A DNA stretch of 60,385 nucleotides, counting the filler, from Sphacelaria rigidula (Eukaryota): assembly GCA_964200075.2 (NCBI GenBank). It is 4 parts of 4 records of this genome, joined end to end, with 100 filler letters (N's around TTAATTAATTAA, not from the genome) between each part and the next. Parts side by side here need not be neighbours in the genome. Positions count along the whole stretch, not along the records: positions 15,130 to 30,155 come from CAXNAA020001937.1; positions 30,256 to 45,271 come from CAXNAA020001938.1; 2 more parts are not named here. One strand, written 5' to 3'. Position 1 is the stretch's first letter. Each line of letters begins with the position of its first letter. Below are positions 23,367 to 35,100 of this stretch, piece by piece. The position numbers and the translations under genes are program-made. Below the pieces are notes generated by a model. It searched no databases and had not been told where the DNA came from. It worked only from the letters and a program-made list of their open reading frames with translations.

Positions 23367-24347
23367 CAGGCTGGGCCGCCTAAGAAGCTCACTTTCCTTC
23401 AGCTCGTTTTAACTGACGATGTATCGTGAGTTGTGCCTACTATGACGCATCGTGGAAATCGGCAAATCAGCGCGCGTCTTCGAATCCATGTAGCACTGCG
23501 ATCCGACAAGGTCTCATCAAACGAAATATCAAACTGTAGTCAAGTGCGAAAGTGTATAGAGTTGAGGGTACTATGTGCGGCGGAATTAGCCAACAGAAAA
23601 CGGCTGAGATTGGTGGATGTTCGATTACAGTCAGTTTTGTGCCGCGTGGTGCCGCACAAGCTGTCGCACAATTCCCAAGCTCAATATTCAGTCGTTTTCA
23701 ATGAAAATTTGACATGACATACAGGACGTATGTGCAAACACTCCTTCGTTCCTCCCGTGTGTTTTTTTCTTCCCTTCGTGAGATATTGGCGACGGAACAT
23801 TTCCGAACATTTTTTTTTCCCGGAACAAAATTGCCAATAAGTCACGAAGAAAATAAAATAAACATAGATAGGGGGAAGGGTTCGGTATTCGCACATAGGT
23901 CTTGTACATCGAGTCAAAATTTCATCGAAAACAGCTCGACACGAAACAGCATAAAAGCGTTTGAATTATTCGTAACTGGTCCACCTCCATATTCTATAGT
24001 ATCCAGTTGTCGACGGAATGACGCATATTCTTCGCGCAATTTTGGATCGTTTTCGAAGAAATTTTGACACGATGTACAGGACGTACATGCAAGGACCCCG
24101 GGAATCCCCCCATGTGTTTTTTGTTTTTTATTCGTGAGTTATCGGCGACGGAACATCTCAAAACAGTATGTTTCGGAACTAAAACGCTCATGACTCACGA
24201 AGAAAAGGAAAAAAAACAGGCGAGATTTTCGGGGTCTTTGCATGTACGTCCTGTACATCATGTCAAAATTTCATCAAAAACAACTCAAAATTGTGCTCAA
24301 GACTCGCGTGTCAACATTCCTGTTCGAATCCTCGGCGGCCCAGCCTG
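23367..24347. mobile_element. Tc1/pogo-like non-autonomous element with two internal foldback modules
   Basis: TA|CAGGCTGGGCCGCC ... GGCGGCCCAGCCTG|TA. Internal inverted-repeat units lie at ~23690-23935 and ~24040-24292. Confidence 0.75.
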
Positions 24348-24577
24348 TACAGTGGTCGGTAAAACGCGTAGTTTTTTTATGACGATTTTTTATCGTGGTC
24401 GCACTGGGGTAGATGCGAGGGGCGGAGGCTGTGATTCCTGTGCTGTTTTGATGGGGGCCCTCGTATATCCCCGATGCCTGCCTAGGGTTTCACCCTGTCT
24501 GCTCTTGTGCACTGTACTACTTTCAGACACGTGTACAGTAGTATATATGTGTGTGTGTATATATATATATATATATA

Positions 24578-25187
24578 CTTCCTCTGTCCCATAAGTAAAG
24601 TCCGTTATGGAGGATAGGCCGTACCTCGCCAACGGAGGTGCTCACGATGTTATAGTTAGGTTCGTTGAAAATATGTAGTAATGGATATGGCCACTGGAAA
24701 AAACAGAAACAAAAACAAAATAATCAACCTACAACCTTGTAATCGTTGGGTCAAACATGGCCAAATTTCGACCAAATTTCGCCAATCTGTACATTGTCGG
24801 TCGAATTTCGACGAATTTGGCTCATTTTGAAGTAATTGAAGGCTACAATGTGAACGAGTGGTTTCGGACTAGACACGTAGTTACCGTATGCCAGCGACGA
24901 AGCGGAGAAAAAGAGCCAGTTATGCTTTTTTTCTCGATTTTTGCCGTTTTTCGGGTTTCCAGGGTTTTTCTCTGTGTTATGGAAAAGGGGCGAAACATGG
25001 TCATTTTTGGGCCGACTGATCGTTTATCGGCCGTTCGCGCCCGCTGGCTTCTGGGCAAACAGGAGAAAAAAAAACGTGATTCAACTTAAACACCCCTGAA
25101 GATTTCGAAAAAAAAAATGCCTACGGCATTGGACACGGTCAAGGGTCCGTGTGATTATAACGGACTTTACTCATGGGACAGAGGAAG
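24578..25187. mobile_element. Stowaway-like (Tc1/mariner) MITE inserted in a (TA)n microsatellite
   Basis: TA|CTTCCTCTGTCCCATAAGTAAAGTCCGTTAT ... ATAACGGACTTTACTCATGGGACAGAGGAAG|TA: a 31-bp TIR with one mismatch and TA runs on both sides. Confidence 0.85.
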
Positions 25188-25799
25188 TATATATATATAT
25201 ACGGCCCATCCAATTCGAGGTTACTGTGACGTATCGTAACTGGTATACGACGATTATTCTGTAGTAACAGTTGGATTAACGCTGGCTGCTCATACGTTGT
25301 GCATTGTTGCAAAGTTACGACGCGGGTAGAAATAAACTTCCATCGTAATAGCAAAGTTCATGCACTGCACCACGGTAGTGTAGACGTACAGTACAGTGGC
25401 CACAGCATAAATACAGTCGATAGCTGCAGCACAGGCAGCGCGGCAAGCACAGGGAACGGTGCCAGTAGGGATAGCCACCTGGGGAGTAGGGATGCAGCAA
25501 GCAAATGGGCAATAGGAAAGTACTTGATGGAGCGTGTCAGCATGGTCACAACATATGGGTACTTAGGATTACGGTATCAATATATTGAAAACACACATTT
25601 TGTGTGGTATGGCGGATCATTTCAGCATAATATTGGTGGTCAATCCAATACGAGAGAGCAACAAACGAGGACCAATCAACCTGCAAACAAGTGAGAAGAA
25701 GCTTCTTGTCTGATTACCAGCCACGTATACTTTCCGCGAGAAACCGGAAGGAAAAATAGTCATTCCAGGTTTTCAGATACGCATTCGATATTATGTTGA

Positions 25800-26195
25800 T
25801 TGGGGGTTATACCCGCCTTTGACTGGCGTCGCAAACTACTCGTTCGTGTCAGTTGTTGGCGTGGGTACCTCCTTGAACTCTGTTTGGTCTTCTTTCTCAC
25901 TTGGAGATATATTTTATTTGCTTTGCACTTCCCTCTTCTTTTCCTTTTTGCTTGTTTCAGGTCGGCCATCTCTTTCTGTGCTTTGCTTGTGTTGACTTTT
26001 TTATTACCTTTTTTTTGTTACGACTTAGTCTGCTATGTCGTTCTGTTCGACCCCCCTCCCTTTTTTTTCTGTGCCTTCTTTTTCACAGAGCGTGTTTCAG
26101 TTTCGTCTCTGTTGGGTACGTCTATCATGAGACCACGGCTGGACCCCCGGGGGGTCAGTTAAAGTGTGACAATCAATCAATCAATCAATCAATCA
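25800..26195 (+). mobile_element. 5'-truncated non-LTR retrotransposon (RTE-like) 3' end with a (CAAT)n tail
   Basis: A T-rich 3' region, then the hairpin gaccccc-g-gggggtc, then caatcaatcaatcaatcaatcaatcaa. Confidence 0.65.
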
Positions 26196-28239
26196 AAGAT
26201 ATCTAAAACTTGGAATTTTCCCACCGGCGGGGGATGGAGGGATATCAGGCATTCCAGCACCTCGGGAAGGATCAACAAAAGTAGGCTACAGTGAAAACAT
26301 TGTGTATTCGGTGCCATATATTGCAGGGTTGGGTGCGGCGTAAGTATCCCACGTAACCCATACGTATCACAGATGTCCACGCCAAGAATTTTTGACACGA
26401 CCGTGTCTTTCGGATTTTTGCGACACATATAAAACGAAGATTCTTCGTCGCCCAAACATTTTCAGAATAGTGCGAGGGGAGGGTGCAGTCGGATGATCGA
26501 TGATGAGGGTTCCCAGGGATGCTCCCGGACAAGTGCCGGTGATGGGGAACGAGTATCATGTGTAATCACTGGATCATGCCGGTTCATCTGCGAGGGTCGA
26601 ACCAAAAACGACCTCCCCGAGCAACTGATGGTGGTGGACAACAAGTGTCATGTGTAAATGGCTGGGTCGCATCCGCTCATTTTCCTGGTTCGAAGTAGAC
26701 ACGGCGTTCTCAAACGAGTGCCGATGATTTACGACGATTTGCACATGAAAAATCACTAGGTGATATATTTTATTTTACCAGGGTCGAATGATAGACGATG
26801 TCCGCGAAGGTCAGCCGGTGGTATACGAAGATTATCATGTGATGACCGGGTAGAATATTTCCCCCCAAAGCGCGAATCAGTGGTCATGTTCCTTTCATCT
26901 GCCAGGCGCTCACTGAATATGGTGGTTATAGAGGGATGCTGATGGTGGACCAAGATTGAAATTTGTAAAACGCAGGGAAATGGACATGTTCATGGACGTG
27001 TTGAAGTGTCACAACAAATTCGAAAATACTCTCAACAAGAGTACAACAAACCGAGGAAGACAACCACAACGTCCAGCGAATCACAGGCACTACGTGACCA
27101 CCCACTCTATTTCTCACCCACAGCAAGCGCATTTGACGGCATCACCGCCCCTGCCCGAAGAACACACCGACAGCGATAGAGGGCACTCCCTCCCAGCAGC
27201 GATTTCCCCTCGCCCCTGCAACGCGCCTTATCAAGCCCTTCCCTGCTCAGGTACCGCACGCAAGGAGACTACATCAACCCTCCCAAAGCGGTCACACACT
27301 CACATCAAGGGAAAGTCGCATAAGCACCGTCCACGGATCCAACTGTCGAATGCGCAGACCGTAGCTGCCCCTCCCCTTCTGTGACGCATACTATTTCGTA
27401 CGACCCTCGTAAAGTTTCCCTGTTGATGGCCTCGTTGCGTACCTCGTGAATGACTCGTAGAGAGAGTAAGTCAAGACCTCTAGCGTTATATTGGATAGCG
27501 TACGGACGTGCAGAGTACAGGAGGGAGTTATCTTTTTCGTAGGGGTTAAGATTTACGCCAATAATTTCGAGGCATTGAGACAACCCAGCTTCCGTCTGCA
27601 GTCAGCGTCATGGTTCTTCTCGTGCGGACCATCGGGCTCGACCTACATCCCGCTTGAGCAACCCGTATGGGGGTGGGGGCGACGCCGGCTGTTAGAGGTG
27701 TGCGTGTGGCCATCGTTGGCGGTGTCTTGCAACTATATTCCGTAGCCTGCGACCTCGAAGTCCTGCCCCTCGCTGTCGTGCGGAAGAACGTTCAGGGCCA
27801 GCGCTATTTGTAGAGACTCGACCGAGGCAACATTTCGGGTGAAGCTGATACCACCGCGTACGGCGCGCTCTGGAACATTGCGAGGGACAAGCACGGACGA
27901 GTAGATGGCGGTCGAATCCGTAGGCAACATTGACCGTTCGTGCGTGTCGCATTTTTCGATGCATGATTGTGAAGCAGTATAGTATACGGACTACCTCGTG
28001 TGGGCTACACCGGGAAACTGGGGTACATTGGCTCGCACATAGGTAAATTTCAGCGTGCGCGTGTGGCAGCGCGCATGAAGAATCTATGACTGCGGGACTT
28101 CATGCCACGAGCACGCTCTCATCCGTTCTTCCGGGCCAGCAGGGAGCACCTTCCAGAACCAACCGGACCTTAGCCTGCGCGATGCATCTTCTAATAAGCT
28201 CATGGTTGAAAGTCTTGACGAAGAGAAGCCGAGTGAATA

Positions 28240-29080
28240 GCTCGTGGTGGAAAAAATAAACTACTAGAGCAAACGGACCATCACTCGTAGTGGCAAAATA
28301 AATGACTTTAGCATACGCGTCACTGCTCGTGGTTAAAAAAAAAAATGGCCTGAGTTACCAGTCATAGCTTGCGGTTCAAAAAATGAACAGCTCGAGCACT
28401 CGAGTCATTGCTCGTGGTTCAAAATATGAATAGCTCGACAACTCAAGTCATTTCTCGTGGGGTAAACAATAAATAACTCAAGCGAATCATCGCTCGTGGT
28501 GGGAAAAATAAATGACTGGAGTACACAAGTCAGTGCTCGTGGTTACAAAAAATGAATAGCTCGAGCACTCGAGTCATTGCTTGTGTAAAGAAGTGAATGA
28601 CTCCAGCACACGAGTGATTGCTCGTGGTGGGAAAAGCAAATGACCGGAGAACACGAGTCGTCGCTCGTGGTTTTCAATATTAATGACTCGAATACACGAG
28701 TAATTGCTCTCGGTTGAAAAAATTAATAGCTCGACCACTCGAGTCATTGCTCGTGGTGAAGAAATAAATGACTCCAGCACACGAGTCATATCCCGTGCTC
28801 GTGGTTCGAAAAGTAAATGACTCGAGAAAACGATTTAGTGCTCGTGGTTGAAAAAGTAAATGACTCGAGAAAACGAGTAAGTGCTTGTGATTGAAAAAGT
28901 AAAATGACCAGTTGAAAAAGTAAATGGCTCGAGAATAAGGCAAATTGATCGTGGTGGGAAAAAAAACGACTCGAGCACTCGAGTTGTTGCTCGTGGTGAA
29001 AAACCTAAGTGACTCGAGCAAACGAATTATGTTCCTCGTTTTTCAAAATACATCACTCGAGCATACGAGTTTGCTCGGTC
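28240..29080. repeat. ~43-bp minisatellite of about 19 degenerate units
   Basis: Unit is approximately ctcgagcactcgagtcattgctcgtggttgaaaaaataaatga. ctcgtgg-like anchors occur at 28241, 28284, 28326, 28368, 28411 and onward. Confidence 0.9.
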
Positions 29081-29474
29081 GCCATATATATATATATATA
29101 TATATAATCAGCACCTTCTTTACTCGTTCGATCCTACCGTGGCATGTCATGATGGAATCGTCTATTGCCACGGCTCCCTCACCTCTGCCTACGAATGCAA
29201 CCCGTCTATTTCCCTAACGAACGATCGACAACTTGCCTGGTCGATCATCCGGTTGGTCATTTCTCCAAGCGACGGTAGAGAGGGTGGGGTACCTTCCCGA
29301 GATCCCGATATCACAGGAAGTAGGGCCAGAAGGAAAGCTAGCACACTCGTCGTTCTAAATGCTACCGTGCTGCCGTATTATTGCCAGTTGTGTAATCCAC
29401 ATTCAGTGCAACCTTCCAGACACGTGGGGCTGGAGGATTATCGCACCTAAAACTAAAACAACTACACGGGAACC

Positions 29475-29801
29475 GTAGGTAAGGTACCGTACCCAGCGTA
29501 TCCCTGGTATTTATCGGGGTATCTCATACCGTGGTATGCGTGGGTATCGTGGATGTGAGTTTTGGAAATACCTGATTAAGCGGGTACGGTAGGTATTGAA
29601 ATATCAAAATACCGTGGTATCGTAGGTGTCGTAGGTATGAGTTTGAATATACCTGATTTAGCGGGTACGGTAGCTACTGGTATCTCGAAATACCATGGTG
29701 TCGTAGGTATCGTAGGTATGACATTTCAAAAACCGGATGGGACCGGTATCGGTAGGGTATGATATGTCCCAAAAACCGGTACCGGGTACCTACCTTGCCC
29801 T
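29475..29801. mobile_element. GGTACC/GGTAT-rich MITE-like element with ~80-bp internal tandem units
   Basis: ataccgtggtatcgtaggt...atacctgatt.agcgggtacggtag repeats about three times. The ends are gtaggtaaggtacc and ggtacctaccttgccct. Confidence 0.55.
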
Positions 29802-30254
29802 CTATACCGACTTCATTACTGTCATCCGGCAGGGCGGAGAAGGTTTTCAGGGCGTGACTCGGCGCTTTTTTTTCGATCGAAAAAATGGGGCCGTGACATC
29901 GATTCGAGCGAAAATCGCTTATATATTTCGACGTGGGTTCAAGCGAATTTCAAGCTTTCGATCGAAAAATACATTGAAATTCGTGAAACGGTACATGGCC
30001 ACTCGTGTACAGTACAGACAGTCTGTACTGTCTGCACTGCTTGCGAACAATGTCTTGACTGCGTGTGTGCGTGTTTCGTGCACAAGAGTCATCCTACGAT
30101 AGGGGGGGGGTATTTGGTTGCACGAAAAAAAGGCTCATAAGTGTGTCAGACATCCNNNNNNNNNNNNNNNNNNNNNNNNNNNNNNNNNNNNNNNNNNNNT
30201 TAATTAATTAANNNNNNNNNNNNNNNNNNNNNNNNNNNNNNNNNNNNNNNNNNN

Positions 30255-31533
30255 NCAGTGATCAGCTCCGTCATCCCGCACTTATCCTCCGCCATTCCAT
30301 AGAGTACAGTTTCCGCTTGAGCCCTCGCATGAGCCCTCGCCATCACGCGGGAAAAATATTCCCCTCTTTCCCATGCCAACGTTTGATCCAGCTCCTCTGC
30401 TGCCGATGCTACCTCGTTCCGGTCGGCTGCCGCTCTCGTCGCACTGCGCGTGCGGCCTGCCATTTGTGGAGGCAAAGACAACTCGTCGTCGACTGCAAGA
30501 CGGCGTAGCTCCGTCCTCAGGATTTCGGGAGCTCCACCGCCTCCCCCGTCGTTGCGCTCGGGGGTGTCACCAGTTGTCAGTGTTGTCGGCGGCGTTGGCG
30601 GCGCCACCGACGACGGCGATATGGGCGACGCCGATCCCCCGTCATTGATGAGATGCTGGACAAGATTTCGTATAATACCGCGCCCCCCGCCCGCCTCTCC
30701 AAGGAGGCGGCGAGGTCATCTCACCCTCCCCGCCAATAGCGGGGGTCTGTTGTGTGACGTCTGCGTCCAGTTCTGGGTTGGGGAGCAAAAACGATACGCG
30801 ACGTGAACCGCGGGGTGAAGCACGCGCCACCGGGGTTTGCTCCGCGGACTCGCTGCCGGCCGGCCTTCCTTCGATCTTGTCATCCCTCGCTTCATCGGGC
30901 GTCGGGATCGCTTGTTGTGGGGCGGGGAGAGGAGTAGGGGGAACATACGCCCATGTTACGTGCGTGGTCGTAATAGTTTGTCCTGTTTCCGTGATCACTC
31001 TCATAGCATCGCGCGGGTATTCTGGGGCTGGGCGAAGGTACCACCACCTCTTAGCTTTTCGTTGTAACTTGTCTGTCCTCTGAACCCTACAAAATCCATG
31101 CTTTAGAAAAGGAAGAAGGTTGTTTGCCGGTGGTACTCCGTGCCACATTTCGTGTTGCGTCTCGTTTCCCGGGTTAGCCGAGGTCGCAGTACAGTTCAGA
31201 GCATGGCATGCCCAGTTAGCTTGTTCCGCCCACAGATTCTTGCTAGTTGGAATATTTCTGGTTCGGGTACATCTCCGATGCCTGAATTTTGGCTGCAAGG
31301 CCGGCCGACTCTATGATGCCAATTGCCCGTTCCGCTACGCCGTTGAACTGTGGGGAGTCAGCAGTTGTTTTCTCTTGCTTTATTTTCTCTCTATCACATA
31401 GTTCCTCGAACGCCCCCTCCGAGAATTCACCTCCACCATCACTGCGGACCTTCTCGATTTTTCGCGGGTGGATTTCTGCGATGTATTTACTAAAGTACTG
31501 TTCGACCTCGTCCTTTGTGCGCAGAAAAAACAA
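30255..31533 (-). mobile_element. Degenerate Ty1/copia LTR-retrotransposon pol fragment (integrase core and downstream region)
   Basis: FFLRTKDEV...KVRSDGGGEF...KQEKTTADSPQFNGVAERAI (rve DDE), then a frameshift to LWAEQANWACHALNCTATSANPG...PFLKHGFC...KLQRKA...YLRPAPEYPRDAMRV. Confidence 0.9.
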
Positions 31534-31539
31534 GGCGGT

Positions 31540-31735
31540 ACCCTTGAGTTATCTTGAGGCAAGGCACGGAAAGGGCACTGTAGCCGCAAACGTGAGAGCG
31601 AGGCGAATGTTGGTGGCGAGTCTCGCACATAAGCGGGACCGGGATGTTCTGTTCCGAATTTCGTCTCCTGCAGCTGTGTGGCGTGAGTTAAACGATTTCT
31701 ACAGCCCCAAGACCAACGGGGCTAGATACAATTAG
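31540..31735 (+). mobile_element. Copia gag fragment, opposite orientation to the adjacent integrase
   Basis: ARRMLVASLAHKRDRDVLFRISSPAAVWRELNDFYSPKTNGA resembles the copia gag (UBN2-type) 'A..W..L...Y' pattern. Confidence 0.55.
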
Positions 31736-32147
31736 GCTGGGCGCTGACTCAGTGGCTCAGTGTTGGTGTTATTTTCTGACGAATATCATGCTGTGCACTC
31801 TCGAGGGAAATTTGCATCATTGTACAATCCTGACCAAATATTCCCAGCAACACAACTGACGACAATGTGGTGACCGCGAAATCGAGGTTGAACAATTGAT
31901 CATGCTAAGGTGTGATATTTGTCAGGAGTCATTTGGAGCACGGCCACCGCTGCGCAGGCAAGACGCCCCATATAATACCGTACGGCGACCAACCGACCGC
32001 TGAACCAGGAACGAAATGGGCGACACCTGTTACTAACGGGGCCTTCGTGTCGTTGTCATCCGCGTTTCGAGCTCCTGTCTACTGATGCTCCACGGAACCG
32101 ACACAGTACCGCACACCATGTTAGTGCACGGGTTTCGACACCTATTA

Positions 32148-35100
32148 TGTCTAAAGTGTACCTCAATTGGACCAATATGGGCCTTCCACAGCCCCGGTCT
32201 AACCCCGCGCACGGGACAGAACCGACTGGACACAGAACTTCTCCAACCCTTTTTTTTCACCCTTTTTTCCACCTGTTTCTACGGCCCGGAGAAAACGCAT
32301 CGGAAATCAGTCATCATGCGCTGAACGGTCGATTTGTTCGTCATAGTTACGGGCGCGCCTGACCTCCTAAAATGGCCAGAAAAAATGTCACCGATTAAAA
32401 TCACGAACAGGTACGAATAGATCGAGTTCTGGGACTTTTCCAGGCTCGTGGGGGTGATAATATGTTTTACGTCATCGGAAGAGAACGGCATGGACCCAAA
32501 ATTCATATCGAGAAAGAGCGTACTGCATTCAAAAATCAGAACCCCACCGTTATTTCCGTTGTTGTTCCTCATATATTGCATGTCACTGCGTGGCTTTTCG
32601 TCCGCGCTTGCGATACGCTGGAATGCAAGGAGGCTAGTTGGGTTGACCCAGCCCAACGCACGCCGAGAACCCTCGGGCAAGGGTGGTACATACATTCCCT
32701 GAACGAAGTGAGGCATATGTAAACCCCAAATCGGCGCCTGTGGCCCCGATTTCAACGAAAACGTGTTCTGCGCACCCGAGGAGCACGCGGGACTGTCAGC
32801 CCTACTAAAATTCCGATTCTCGTTGTATACACTCAAATCAAGTAATATCAACCATGAATATCTGTAGCCCAACGCCGGTAACTGAAACAAGGACGCTAAA
32901 CCATTTTGGGGGGGGATGCGGATCGAAATTGGGCCAACATCATGTGCTCCACATGCGACGGAGCCACATGTACTGATGATTTTCAACGAGGACGGCCCTT
33001 ACACGGACAAGTTGAGTACAAATAGTCACCGTGTGTGTTATGTGGGCTGGGCGGGTGTTGGTCAACCACCTCGTCATATTTTGAGGAGCTTGATTTATCG
33101 GATGCCATCGTTCCACAATTTCTGGTGGATGAATGGCTCGCCTTGTGCAAGTGTATTTGTTGTTCCGTGGGCATGGCTTTTCGTTTCATGAAAATGATAT
33201 TGCGTGTTCCAATAGGGAATGACAACAAACCGTCCTCCGTCACCCACCAGTGCCGATACAACAGACGCGTGTCTTAAGACGTGTGGCTCCACTGAAAGGC
33301 GTGAATGGGGCTTCGGTGCCACGAGGCTTCAGCGAAGGTGGGCCGACAACTTAATGTTGTCTTTTGCGTCGTCTCGACGCAGTGTACTTCACCATTCGGG
33401 AGGGTAAGGTGGTCCATCTTGATGTTTGTCTGGAAACCGAAATCCGGATTTTTCATAGGGGCTGTGGTCCTAGCATGGTCCTAGCGTGCCCAGAACGCGT
33501 TTTTTCTGAAAGCGGTGCCTGGTGCGCCGATTTGAGGTTTGGCAACGCACCCTTCGGCTAGGAAACACGTTGCACCTCCCTTTCCGGGGGGTTCTCGGTA
33601 TGCCTTCGTTGTGGTTAGGGTTAGTGTTATAATTTGTTCTCTTCGCTGCTGCGAGGTCGCGAAGATGATTCTTGCTTTTGGAGGTTCGGTCGAAGGTTCA
33701 AATTCTACACCTGTCGAACACTCCACATATCCGATGTATCAACCATCTGTACGATCAAGAGTCATTCATGGGTGTCATCTATTCTGAGGCCGTTCGTTGG
33801 ACAGGGGTGAGGCTTTCGCGTGTTGTGGAAGCCGGCGAGGGTTGGAGGCGCTTTTCTGCGCTCATAGCCCAAAGAGTTGCCCCGATTATTCATCGCCAAG
33901 GTCATTGATTAGGATGTGATTTTTCGCATAATCTGCGCCAAGACGAGAGCTATAAGTTGACTAGATGATTTTTTAAATTTCATCAGGACCCGACTTTTAT
34001 AACGAATTAAGTGGAAAAATCATGTTTTTTTTGCAATGTTCTTGATCATCATAACGTCTTCGGTAAAACTCTCCAGTGAGATTGTAGCTTGGACAAATAC
34101 ACGCCAGTGGATAGCCGAGGCACACCGTGGTCCGTAGTCCGGGGCGACGAAAGGGGGGAAATTGTCAAGTGGAAACCCCACTCAAATCACAAGTACTTTG
34201 GGGGATTTTACGGCGTGCATAATCAGGGGATGAACGAGATCTCTGGTCTGTTCGTGCTTTGCCCACTTTGAGGGGTCAGGCGCACCCATAACAGTCTTGG
34301 GACTGGTTGGGGGAAGGGGGGGGTGTACTCATCATCATGCTTGGGGGGGGGGAGGCTATCGCGGCATTACTAAAATTCTGCTCTGTTTCCTGTGAGGGAA
34401 CCGAAGTGTTCGTTGGTCGTTGTGGCAGGCAAGCTACCTTGCTTGCTCCTTTTGGCTCCATGTATCGCCTGGATGAGTCGCGGCCGTTCATACGTCGAAA
34501 TAAACAGGAACCTTCGAACTATTAAAAGCCGATATTAGGCCGTGTCTTGAAAAAAAATTTGACAACATGCGGTCGAATCGAATTGGTCGCTACGAGGCCG
34601 TATCAGATACGTTCACGGCATTTATGTTCCCAGATGGCTTCAAGTTCATTTCAGAATTACTTGCGTGCGACGGGCAGGGTCAAAAACAGAAAAGCATAGC
34701 TTTTCCGAGCGAAACGAGCGGCGGAATGAACGAAGGGGCACATAACTCCTGTGTTACAGACAACGGTGCCAGATACCACCCGTTCACAGAATTACGCAAT
34801 ACCCATATGGTTCATTCGCAGCCACCTCCTCAATCCTGCGGCATAGATCACGAACTGAGCGCAGGGATACATACACTGCGGTGATAGGAAACCGACACCA
34901 CCACACTTTTGGCATGATGTGTTTCTTCTTGTTGGCGAAAACTTGGGCATCTAATTTTGTGGCCGGTTCCACCGACTGAGCTGCGTGTTGGGGTGGGCGA
35001 TCGAATTGCCAACGCGCTCATGGACAGTGGAGGCGGTGCAAAACTGCTCGTGGTTCAGATCTGCTCGGCATCCTCCTATATGCAGAGAGTCAAAAGGCTG

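Noticed and set aside
28240..29080. CRISPR-like array (also considered for 35760-36110)
   Set aside because: The units are contiguous degenerate tandem repeats without unique spacers. There are no cas genes and the context is eukaryotic.
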